A DNA stretch of 64,000 nucleotides from Candidatus Omnitrophota bacterium (lineage in GTDB: Bacteria > Omnitrophota > Gorgyraeia > Gygaellales > Profunditerraquicolaceae): assembly GCA_025453445.1 (NCBI GenBank), contig JALOQJ010000003.1, forward strand, positions 23,369-87,368, in the 5' to 3' direction. Both the position numbers and the translations under genes were made by a program. The notes beneath the pieces were generated by a model. It saw only the letters and a list, made by a program, of their open reading frames with translations. It did no database searches and was not told the DNA's origin. Shown here in pieces: positions 55,878 through 64,000 of the stretch. Each line of letters begins with the position of its first letter. Within the stretch, counting starts at the first letter, position 1.

Positions 55878-56892
55878 ACGTATCCTGATTTTTAATGTAA
55901 ACTGGATTGGCGATGTATTGTTTTCTACGGCGGTGTTAAGGAATATCCGGCGCAATTATCCCGGCAGCTTTATTGCCTGTATTATCCCGGGGCGCTGTTA
56001 CCCGGTACTTAAGGGTAACCCGCATCTGGATGAAGTAATTATTTTTGACGAGCACGACCGGCATAAGAATGTTTTTTCGAAGTTTTCTTTTGTCCAGCTT
56101 CTGAAACGTAAACGTTTTGATACGGCAATCCTCTTGCATGGCTCGCTGACCCGCGCGCTGATTTGTAAACTGGCGGATATTCCGGAGATTATCGGATACA
56201 ATACCAAGAAGCGGGGATGGCTCTTAAGCAAAAAAATCCCGTTGCCGGCTAAAGATGCGCTGCACCGCATAGATTTTTACTTAAATATCATTGAAAAGGC
56301 GGGCTTAAGAGTAGAAGACAGGTATCTTGAGTTTTTTATTTCCGAAGATGATGAGAAATTTACTATAGAATTTCTGGATAAGCAGGGGATAGCCAGAAAC
56401 GAAACCATTATCGGCATTAACACCGGAGGTAACTGGCTGCCGAAACGCTGGCCGAAAGAATACTGGATGAAACTCATCCAGTTGATTCAGAATGAGCTTG
56501 GATTAAAAGTAGTCATCAGTGGAGGGCATCAGGATCTGACTTTGGCAAGGAAAATCAGCGAGCAATTACAAGACAAGCCGTTGATTACCTGCGGCTTGCT
56601 GAATTTAAAGCAGTCGGCCGCGCTTTTAAAAAGGCTGGACTTATTTATTTCCGGAGATAGCGGCCCTTTGCATATTGCTAATACTGTGGGGACAAAAAAA
56701 ATTATTGCTCTCTTTGGCCCGACACATTCTTCTATCACTGGACCGTTTCCCGCGAAAAATGTGACTATACTACAGAAAGATGTGGGTTGCAAGGTTCCTT
56801 GCTATGAGGTGAATTGCGAAGATAACCGCTGTATGAAGGCAATTACGCCGGAAGAAGTTTTGGGCCAAATAAAAATGTCATTGAATGAATAA
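55864..56892 (+). CDS. GT9 lipopolysaccharide heptosyltransferase (WaaF-like)
   Basis: NWIGDVL, KRWP, DSGPLHIA, LFGPT. Confidence 0.88.
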   Translation: MEKNKRILIFNVNWIGDVLFSTAVLRNIRRNYPGSFIACIIPGRCYPVLKGNPHLDEVIIFDEHDRHKNVFSKFSFVQLLKRKRFDTAILLHGSLTRALICKLADIPEIIGYNTKKRGWLLSKKIPLPAKDALHRIDFYLNIIEKAGLRVEDRYLEFFISEDDEKFTIEFLDKQGIARNETIIGINTGGNWLPKRWPKEYWMKLIQLIQNELGLKVVISGGHQDLTLARKISEQLQDKPLITCGLLNLKQSAALLKRLDLFISGDSGPLHIANTVGTKKIIALFGPTHSSITGPFPAKNVTILQKDVGCKVPCYEVNCEDNRCMKAITPEEVLGQIKMSLNE

Positions 56893-58912
56893 AACCAATA
56901 AGATCCTTTTTATTACTTTAAGCAATATCGGGGATGCAATCCTTACCCTGCCGGCGCTGGATGCCTTGATTGCGAATTTTCCTAAAGGAAAAATTACAGT
57001 GGTTTGCGGCCCACGGCCGAAAGAATTATTCATGCATAATCCGTATGTCAGTAAGTTGATTATTTTTGATAAACATTCCCGGATGCGCGAAAAAATTAGA
57101 TTGTTCCGGCAGTTAAAAAAAGAAAAATTCGATTTAGTTATAGACCTGCGCAATAGTTTATTCGGAGTAATGTTGGCCCCCTTATCTAGAATTCAGCCGC
57201 GCCTTGTGCTGTTGCAGAACAAAAAACATATGCAGGATAGCCACTTGTGTAAAACACAGGTAAAAGCTGGTTTAAAATCACCAAAGATATCTTTTTGTAT
57301 TAATGAGCAGGATAAGGCATATGCAAGAAGGATGCTTTCGGAAAGCGGAATTGCTGAGCATGACAAGTTGATTGTAATTGCCGCAGGCGCAAGAAGCCAT
57401 ATTAAGAGGTGGCCGCAGCATAAGTTTGTTGAATTGATTCCTTCTTTAATAGAGGAATTCAGAGCAAAAGTAGTTTTAGCCGGGGATAAAGATGATTCTG
57501 CGGTAAACAAATACATTGCTTCGCAACTTAAGCAACCGGTTTTGGATTTAAGCGGTAAGACTACACTTTCCCAGATGGCGGCTTTGTTAAGTGTAGCAGA
57601 TTTGCTTATTACTAATGACAGCGCTACTATGCATCTGGCAAGCTATCTTAATTTGCCGGTTGTGGCAATTTTCGGGCCGACTAATGAATTAAAATACGGG
57701 CCATGGTCCGAGAATAGCGCTGTTGTAAAAAAGGATATTCATTGCCGTCCCTGCGAAAAAGCCCAGTGTAGATTCGGCACTCTCAGATGTATGGAAGTCA
57801 TTCAGCCGGAAGATGTTTTGAATCAGGTAAGAAAAATATTAGACCAAAGACCAAAGACCGCAGACCAAAGACCAAAAGAAGAATTTAAGCGAATATTAGT
57901 TGTTAGGACGGACAGAATTGGCGATGTGGTGCTTTCAACCCCGGTAATTAAGGCTTTAAGGGTTAGTTATCCACAGGCATTTATCGCAATGATGGTTTCT
58001 CCATACGCCAAAGATATCTTAGACGGCAATCCTTATTTGGACGAGGTAATTACTTTTGATAAAGATAGGAAAGAAAAAAGTTGGTGGGGTTGTTTTAAAT
58101 TCAGCCACTTTTTAAAAAAGAAAAAATTTGATTTGGCGATTGTGCTGCATCCCACGCAGCGCGTGCATTTAGTTATCTTCCATTCCGGTATTCCCAAAAG
58201 AGTAGGCTACAACAATAAATATGGTTTTCTCCTGACGGATAAATTTGAACACACCAAGCAACGTGGAGAAAAGCATGAATTAGAATATAATCTTGATTTG
58301 ATTGAGCGCCTCGGCATTGAGCCAAAAGATAAATTGCCCTTTGTGGCGATAAAGCCGGAATCCGAGCAATGGGTGGAGGAACTTTTTGAAAAAGAAACAA
58401 TCCGTAAGGCAGACAAATTACTGGCAATTAACCCGGGCGCAAGCTGCCCGTCAAAAATCTGGCCGGCTGAGAGGTTTGCTGAAGCTGCGGATAAATTAGT
58501 TGCTAAATTCGGATTTAAAGTATTGGTTGTTTCCGGGTCACGCGAAACAGCCTTAGCAGAAAATGTTATCCGGTATATGCATAATAAACCGGTTAATCTT
58601 GCCGGCCGGACATCAGTAAGCCAGTTGGCAAGTATTTTAAAAAGATGCAGGCTTTTTATCTCTAATGATTCCGGGCCGGTGCATATTGCCACTGCTGTGG
58701 GTGTGCCGGTGATTTCTATTTTTGGCAGGGCGCAGGCAGGCCTAGGGCCGAAACGTTGGGGGCCTGTAGGAGAAAAGGGCCGCATTTTACATAAAACTGT
58801 CGGTTGCGTAGAATGCCTTGCCCATAACTGCACCAAAGGTTTTCTTTGCCTGAAGGCAATTACCGTTGATGATGTGTTGAGTTTGGCTACTTCCATAATG
58901 GAAGAAGCCTGA
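56885..58912 (+). CDS. Tandem GT9-GT9 heptosyltransferase-like fusion
   Basis: Two IGD...KxWP...NDS..H...FG modules. Confidence 0.88.
   Translation: MNKTNKILFITLSNIGDAILTLPALDALIANFPKGKITVVCGPRPKELFMHNPYVSKLIIFDKHSRMREKIRLFRQLKKEKFDLVIDLRNSLFGVMLAPLSRIQPRLVLLQNKKHMQDSHLCKTQVKAGLKSPKISFCINEQDKAYARRMLSESGIAEHDKLIVIAAGARSHIKRWPQHKFVELIPSLIEEFRAKVVLAGDKDDSAVNKYIASQLKQPVLDLSGKTTLSQMAALLSVADLLITNDSATMHLASYLNLPVVAIFGPTNELKYGPWSENSAVVKKDIHCRPCEKAQCRFGTLRCMEVIQPEDVLNQVRKILDQRPKTADQRPKEEFKRILVVRTDRIGDVVLSTPVIKALRVSYPQAFIAMMVSPYAKDILDGNPYLDEVITFDKDRKEKSWWGCFKFSHFLKKKKFDLAIVLHPTQRVHLVIFHSGIPKRVGYNNKYGFLLTDKFEHTKQRGEKHELEYNLDLIERLGIEPKDKLPFVAIKPESEQWVEELFEKETIRKADKLLAINPGASCPSKIWPAERFAEAADKLVAKFGFKVLVVSGSRETALAENVIRYMHNKPVNLAGRTSVSQLASILKRCRLFISNDSGPVHIATAVGVPVISIFGRAQAGLGPKRWGPVGEKGRILHKTVGCVECLAHNCTKGFLCLKAITVDDVLSLATSIMEEA
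57841..57875 (+). repeat. Heptamer array (AGACCAA x5) forming the GT9-GT9 linker
   Basis: agaccaa agaccaa agaccgc agaccaa agaccaa; translated DQRPKTADQRPK. Confidence 0.9.
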
Positions 58913-58929
58913 TTTTCAGGGAGGCTAAG

Positions 58930-59481
58930 ATGCAGAAAAAATATTTATTTCTTTTAGTATGTTTTTTTGCGCTGACATTTTTTTTGTTCAGCTTTGCCAA
59001 GGATGTAATCTTAATGGAAGTATTTAGTCTGGACGACTGGAAGTGTAAGATGGCAACAGTCCTTTATGATAATATTACCCAGGAATTAAGGATGCAGAAA
59101 ACAGGTTTTACTCCGGGCTGGGGAAGTGCGAGATTAGAATTGGGTAAAATTAATGTTTCTGACCCGCAGGAAAATTACCTGAAGTTTGAGCCTTGGGATT
59201 TAAATGGCAATTATGCCCTGAATATACATTACGGCGGCAAAGCTCTTTACGACAGCCAGTATATAAAACTCCAGCATAAGACTGATATGACAGGTGATCG
59301 TAAATACAATGTCAGCGAGGCATTACGTTCAGCGGGCTTAAGCGGAACGCAGGAAATCCAGCTTGAATTTATCCTTTTTGATAATGATGACCAGCCCGGG
59401 CAGGCGCAGATAGTAATAAAGAATTTAGCTTTTGGCTATGATGATGATTTTGCCGTGAGCAAGCCGAAAATGGTTGATTAA
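58930..59481 (+). CDS. Secreted hypothetical protein
   Basis: GGAGG SD, signal peptide, beta-rich mature region. Confidence 0.7.
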   Translation: MQKKYLFLLVCFFALTFFLFSFAKDVILMEVFSLDDWKCKMATVLYDNITQELRMQKTGFTPGWGSARLELGKINVSDPQENYLKFEPWDLNGNYALNIHYGGKALYDSQYIKLQHKTDMTGDRKYNVSEALRSAGLSGTQEIQLEFILFDNDDQPGQAQIVIKNLAFGYDDDFAVSKPKMVD

Positions 59482-59514
59482 GCCGTATTTTATGTTAAAA
59501 TTAATCCACAATCT

Positions 59515-60450
59515 ATGCAGACGATTAATCTGAAAAAAATCAAGACTTATCCGCTTAAAAAACGCTCCAGCAAGGTGAAATTGAGTAATTTTGCCCATCC
59601 GCCGCTGCCGGGAAAAAGTTTTTCACGTTTTTTCCAATCCCTGCCTGATATCCTTAAAGCCAAAGATCTGCATGCTGTAGTTGATGCGGTAGTAAAGGCG
59701 CGCAAATCAGCTAAGCCGGTAATTTTAATGTGCGGGGCGCATGTAATTAAATGCGGTTTGAATCCGGTATTGATCGAATTAATCAGAAAGAGAATTATCA
59801 CCTGCCTTGCTTTGAACGGCGCCTGCGTTATTCATGATTTTGAACTGAGCTTACAGGGAGAGACATCCGAAGATGTCACGGAGAACTTAAAATACGGTAA
59901 GTTCGGCATGGGCAGGGAAACCGCGGATTTTATAAATTATGCGGTTAAAGATGGTGTTTTAGCCGGTTTTGGCATCGGCGAATCAGTGGCTAAGAAAATC
60001 GCTGATAGTAAATTACCGCATAAAAAATTAAGTTTAATTTATAATGCCTATAAGAATCATATACCGGTTAGCGTGCATGTGGCTATCGGCACTGACATTA
60101 TTCATCAGCACGCTTCTTTTGACGGATCAGCCACCGGCGAAGGCAGTATCCGCGATTTTTACCGGCTTACTGAATGCGTGCGCGGTTTAAATAACGGCGG
60201 AGTAGTATTGAATTTTGGGTCGGCTGTAATCATGCCGGAAGTTTTTTTAAAGGCGTTGAATTTGGCGCGTAATTTAGGTTTCCCGGTAAAAAATTTTACT
60301 ACCGCAAATTTTGATATGATTTATCAGTATCGCCCTGCTCAAAATGTAGTAATTCGTCCGGTCAGTTCAGGCGGTAAAGGTTATTATATTATCGGCCATC
60401 ACGAGATCATGCTGCCTTTACTGGCGCAGGCGATTATCGAAAAATTATGA
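59515..60450 (+). CDS. Deoxyhypusine-synthase-like fold protein
   Basis: GAHVIKCG, IHDFE, HVAIGTDIIH, GSAVIMPEVFLKA, GHHEIM. Confidence 0.7.
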   Translation: MQTINLKKIKTYPLKKRSSKVKLSNFAHPPLPGKSFSRFFQSLPDILKAKDLHAVVDAVVKARKSAKPVILMCGAHVIKCGLNPVLIELIRKRIITCLALNGACVIHDFELSLQGETSEDVTENLKYGKFGMGRETADFINYAVKDGVLAGFGIGESVAKKIADSKLPHKKLSLIYNAYKNHIPVSVHVAIGTDIIHQHASFDGSATGEGSIRDFYRLTECVRGLNNGGVVLNFGSAVIMPEVFLKALNLARNLGFPVKNFTTANFDMIYQYRPAQNVVIRPVSSGGKGYYIIGHHEIMLPLLAQAIIEKL

Positions 60451-61469
60451 GAAACCTGCAATCGATTATCCGTAAATTTCCCAAGGCAAAAGTATTGGTT
60501 GTCGGCGATTTAATCCTCGACCAGTATATCTGGGGCGATGTGGAAAGAGTTTCTCCGGAAGCGCCTGTGCCTGTAGTCTGGGCCAAAAATCGGACATATG
60601 TACCCGGCGGCGCAGCTAACGTTGCCAATAATATCCGTGCTTTAGACGGGGAGGTTTCCCTTCTGGGCGTAGTCGGCAGGGATATGCACGCGGAAATCCT
60701 GATAAAGGAATTAAAAAAAAGAAAAATCGATACCAAGGGCATCTTCACTGAGCCGCAAAGATGCACAATATTAAAAACCCGCGTGATTGCCGGGCATCAG
60801 CAGGTAGTGCGGGTAGATTGGGAGCATACTGAAGTTATCCGTAAAGAGACAGAAGATAAACTATCCAGTTTTATCGATAATAATATAAAAAATTTTGATG
60901 CGGTAATCATCGAAGATTACGGCAAAGGGCTCTTAAGCAATGTTTTATTAAGCAGGATTATTTCCCGGGCAAGACAGCTTAAGAAAATTATTACTGTTGA
61001 CCCCAAGCAGGACAATTTTGAACATTATTGGGGAGTTACCTGCATTACTCCGAATAAAAAAGAAGCGCAAAACGCAGTCAGGTATCTGAAAATGAAGGAT
61101 CAGACCAATCAGTTTCAGATTTACCATGACGCGTTAATTAATTTCAATGATATTGACCACGCGGGAAAAATGATCCTGCAATATCTTAACCTGGAATCTT
61201 TGTTGATTACACTGGGCGAGCAGGGGATGTTTTTATTCCAGAAAGATAAGTCAAGAATTCATATACCAACAGTAGCGCAGGAAGTTTTTGATGTTTCCGG
61301 CGCAGGCGATACAGTGATTGCTGCTTTTACTTTAGCGCTTGCCTGTGGTGCCAATAAAGAAGCAGCAGCGCACCTGGCAAATTTTGCTGCCGGGATTGTC
61401 GTCGGTAAATTAGGCACGGCAACAACCAGTAGAAAAGAATTATTAGAGAGGATAAGTAAATTAAGATGA
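60447..61469 (+). CDS. hldA: D-glycero-beta-D-manno-heptose-7-phosphate kinase (HldE kinase domain, stand-alone)
   Basis: RVSPEAPVPV, GGAANVA, DYGKG, DVSGAGDTV. Confidence 0.9.
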   Translation: MRNLQSIIRKFPKAKVLVVGDLILDQYIWGDVERVSPEAPVPVVWAKNRTYVPGGAANVANNIRALDGEVSLLGVVGRDMHAEILIKELKKRKIDTKGIFTEPQRCTILKTRVIAGHQQVVRVDWEHTEVIRKETEDKLSSFIDNNIKNFDAVIIEDYGKGLLSNVLLSRIISRARQLKKIITVDPKQDNFEHYWGVTCITPNKKEAQNAVRYLKMKDQTNQFQIYHDALINFNDIDHAGKMILQYLNLESLLITLGEQGMFLFQKDKSRIHIPTVAQEVFDVSGAGDTVIAAFTLALACGANKEAAAHLANFAAGIVVGKLGTATTSRKELLERISKLR

Positions 61470-62212
61470 ATGTAATCGGTGTAATACCTGCGCGGTATTC
61501 TTCCACGCGTTTTGATGGCAAGGTGCTTGCGGATATTTCCGGCAAACCGATGCTGCAGCATGTTTGGGAACGCGCAAAACAAGCGGTTGCCCTGGACGAT
61601 TTAATTATCGCTTGTGATGACGAACGCGTAGCTAAAGCAGCTGAAGGCTTCGGCGCTAAAGTAATCATGACTGCTAAGGCGCATACATGCGGCACAGACC
61701 GGATTTGCGAAATCGTCAATTTCCTGGACGTAAACATTATCATTAACATTCAGGCTGATGAGCCTTTGATCCATCCGGTAATGATTGATACTGTAGCACG
61801 GGCATTATTGGATGATCAGTCAGTACCGATGGCAACCCTGATGAAAAAAATCTCGGATATTCAGGAGATTAATGACCCGCATGTGGTAAAAGTAGTGGTG
61901 GACAAAAATAATTTCGCCTTGTATTTTTCCCGCGCCAGTATCCCATACTTAGCTGTAAATTCTTCGGTCACTTCGCCTGTCTATTATAAGCATATCGGCC
62001 TCTACGGCTACACAAAGGATTTTTTGTTTACTTATAAAAACCTGCCGGTTTCTACTCTGGAGAGTATCGAGAAGCTCGAGCAACTGAGAGTGCTGCATGA
62101 AGGGTTAAAGATCAAGGTAATCGAGACTAAATACGAAACCATCGGCGTGGATACGCCGCATGATTTGGAAAAAGTTAAACTTTTTTTAAGCGGACAAATT
62201 CATAATGCATAA
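61466..62212 (+). CDS. kdsB: CMP-Kdo synthetase
   Basis: IPARYSSTRF, GTDR, YFSRA.IP, EKLEQLR. Confidence 0.96.
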   Translation: MNVIGVIPARYSSTRFDGKVLADISGKPMLQHVWERAKQAVALDDLIIACDDERVAKAAEGFGAKVIMTAKAHTCGTDRICEIVNFLDVNIIINIQADEPLIHPVMIDTVARALLDDQSVPMATLMKKISDIQEINDPHVVKVVVDKNNFALYFSRASIPYLAVNSSVTSPVYYKHIGLYGYTKDFLFTYKNLPVSTLESIEKLEQLRVLHEGLKIKVIETKYETIGVDTPHDLEKVKLFLSGQIHNA

Positions 62213-63017
62213 AGTTAAAGTTGGTAATTTAGAAGTTGGAGCAAAGAATAAGTTGGTTTTAATTGCCGGGCCGTGCGTGATTGAATCTGAAAGAATGACT
62301 CTTGAAACAGCAAAGAGGATTAAAGAAATTACGCAGAGAGTAGGTATTGGTTTTATTTTTAAATCCAGTTTTGACAAGGCAAACCGGCTTTCTCTTGATT
62401 CCTTCCGCGGGCCGGGGTTGAAAAAAGGCTTGGAAGTTTTAGCAAAAGTAAAAAAAGAATTAAAGGTGCCTATTCTTAGCGATATCCATTGCACGCGCGA
62501 TATCGATAAAGTAAAAGATGTTTTGGATATTATTCAGATCCCGGCATTTTTGTGCCGGCAGACCGATATTGTAGTTGCTGCAGCTCGAACAGGGAAAGTG
62601 ATAAATATTAAAAAGGGCCAATTCTTAGCGCCATGGGATATCCTGCCGATTATTAAAAAAGTTGAATCAACCGGCAATAAAAAAATCATTATTACCGAGC
62701 GCGGGGTTTCTTTCGGCTATAATAATCTGGTGACTGATTTCAGGGGTTTAAAGATTATGCAGGATTTTGGTTATCCGGTAATTTATGATGCTACACATAG
62801 CGTGCAGCTTCCCGGAGGCAAGGGCAATTGTTCCGGAGGCCAGCGGGAATTTATCGCCGGCTTAACCCGTGCAGCAGTTGCTTTTGGCTGCGATGGATTA
62901 TTTTTAGAAGTGCACCCTTCGCCGGATAAGGCGCTTTGCGACGGAGCGAACATGGTTGCTTTGAAAGACCTGGAAAAATTACTTATGCAAGTGAAGAAAG
63001 TCGGGGCAGCATTATGA
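62205..63017 (+). CDS. kdsA: Kdo-8-phosphate synthase
   Basis: AGPCVIE, FDKANR, PAFLCRQTD, DATHSVQ. Confidence 0.97.
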   Translation: MHKVKVGNLEVGAKNKLVLIAGPCVIESERMTLETAKRIKEITQRVGIGFIFKSSFDKANRLSLDSFRGPGLKKGLEVLAKVKKELKVPILSDIHCTRDIDKVKDVLDIIQIPAFLCRQTDIVVAAARTGKVINIKKGQFLAPWDILPIIKKVESTGNKKIIITERGVSFGYNNLVTDFRGLKIMQDFGYPVIYDATHSVQLPGGKGNCSGGQREFIAGLTRAAVAFGCDGLFLEVHPSPDKALCDGANMVALKDLEKLLMQVKKVGAAL

Positions 63018-63979
63018 AAAATACCATTAAACGCGCAAGAGAAGTTTTTGATATCGAGGCTGAGGCAATCAAGGCATTAAAGCCACGGGTGGGTGCCAAT
63101 TTTAATAAAGCAGTAGATTTATTGTTCAAAACAAAAGGCAGAGTAGTAGTCAGCGGTATGGGCAAAACCGGTATTATTGCCCAGAAATTTTCCGCTACTC
63201 TTGCTTCAACCGGTACTCCGAGTTTATTTTTGCATTCTGCTGAAGCATCGCATGGAGATTTAGGTAAGGTTACGGTTCAGGATGTGGTAATTGTAGTTTC
63301 TAATAGCGGCGGGACCGCGGAGATAAAACAGCTTCTGCCGCTTTTAAAAAAAATCGGCTGCAGAATTATTGCCATTACCGGCAATATTAAATCAGAGTTA
63401 GCCAAATACAGTGACTGTTTGTTGGATGTATCGGTGAAAAAAGAAGCCTGTCCCTTGGGCTTGGCTCCGACTGCATCTACCACTGCGACATTGGCAATGA
63501 CAGATGCTTTAGCAGTTTGCCTGTTAGAATTAAAAGGCTTTAAAGAGAAAGATTTTGCTTTTTATCATCCGGGCGGGGCGCTGGGCAGGAAATTATTGCT
63601 TAAAGTTGAAGATATTATGCGCAAAGGCAGAGAAAACCCGATCGTAAATGAAAACCAGAAAGTATCCCAAGTGCTTTTAAAAATTACTCAGGCGCGCGCA
63701 GGAAGCGCTTCAGTTGTTAATAAGCAGGGAAAGCTGACAGGTATTTTTACCGACGGTGATTTACGCAGGCATCTGGAGACAGACCCTAACCTTGCGCGGC
63801 GCTGCGTTAATGAAGTAATGACCCATCATCCTACTGCGGTGCATCCGGAAATGCTTGCAGCTGAAGCAATGTGTGTTATGAAAGAGAAGAAGATTGATGA
63901 ATTGCCTGTAGTGGACAGTTGCGCGCATCCGGTAGGGTTGTTGGATGTACAGGATATCCTGAAAGCCGGATTAGTATAG
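63014..63979 (+). CDS. kdsD: Arabinose-5-phosphate isomerase (SIS + CBS)
   Basis: GMGKTG, HGDLG, EACPLGLAPTAS, HPGGALG; ATGA overlap with kdsA. Confidence 0.95.
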   Translation: MKNTIKRAREVFDIEAEAIKALKPRVGANFNKAVDLLFKTKGRVVVSGMGKTGIIAQKFSATLASTGTPSLFLHSAEASHGDLGKVTVQDVVIVVSNSGGTAEIKQLLPLLKKIGCRIIAITGNIKSELAKYSDCLLDVSVKKEACPLGLAPTASTTATLAMTDALAVCLLELKGFKEKDFAFYHPGGALGRKLLLKVEDIMRKGRENPIVNENQKVSQVLLKITQARAGSASVVNKQGKLTGIFTDGDLRRHLETDPNLARRCVNEVMTHHPTAVHPEMLAAEAMCVMKEKKIDELPVVDSCAHPVGLLDVQDILKAGLV

Positions 63980-64000
63980 TAGCCTGCCGCCACCCTTAAT

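Noticed and set aside
22185-58896. Long antisense ORFs (e.g. 22185-22805, 24163-24837, 58207-58896)
   Set aside because: Shadows of well-conserved plus-strand genes with no recognisable motifs.
1-64000. CRISPR array
   Set aside because: No regularly spaced 25-45 bp direct repeats with unique spacers; the repeats are dispersed palindromes or short tandems.

Overview
A gene-dense, AT-rich chromosomal window, almost entirely on the + strand. Gene content suggests a diderm anaerobe; Ca. Omnitrophota/PVC is an inference. It holds the rnfCGDEAB operon and purN, an FtsH-like protease, eno-ftsB-tRNA-fMet, a long purine cluster (purB/L/Q/F/M/D/E), tsaC-PTP/rpiB/glyA/nrdR, aroC/aroK, dprA-topA-xerC and a lipid A/Kdo/LPS-core cluster (waaA, lpxK, GT4/GT9, hldA, kdsBAD). 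No CRISPR, rRNA or transposase gene was seen. The unusual signal is a set of tiny repeat elements threaded through core genes. (1) A CCCCGCCC...GGGCGGGG mini-palindrome family with 4-bp target duplications inserts into start codons (regenerating GTG starts) or in frame into CDSs. (2) Period-7 degenerate tandem arrays are translated inside housekeeping proteins. (3) A ~203-bp hairpin MITE-like family is present; two inverted copies bracket a lipoprotein plus AbiGi-like cargo that sits between two synonymously diverged copies of the dprA 5' end. (4) GTAG-type REP-like perfect palindromes occur in intergenic regions.
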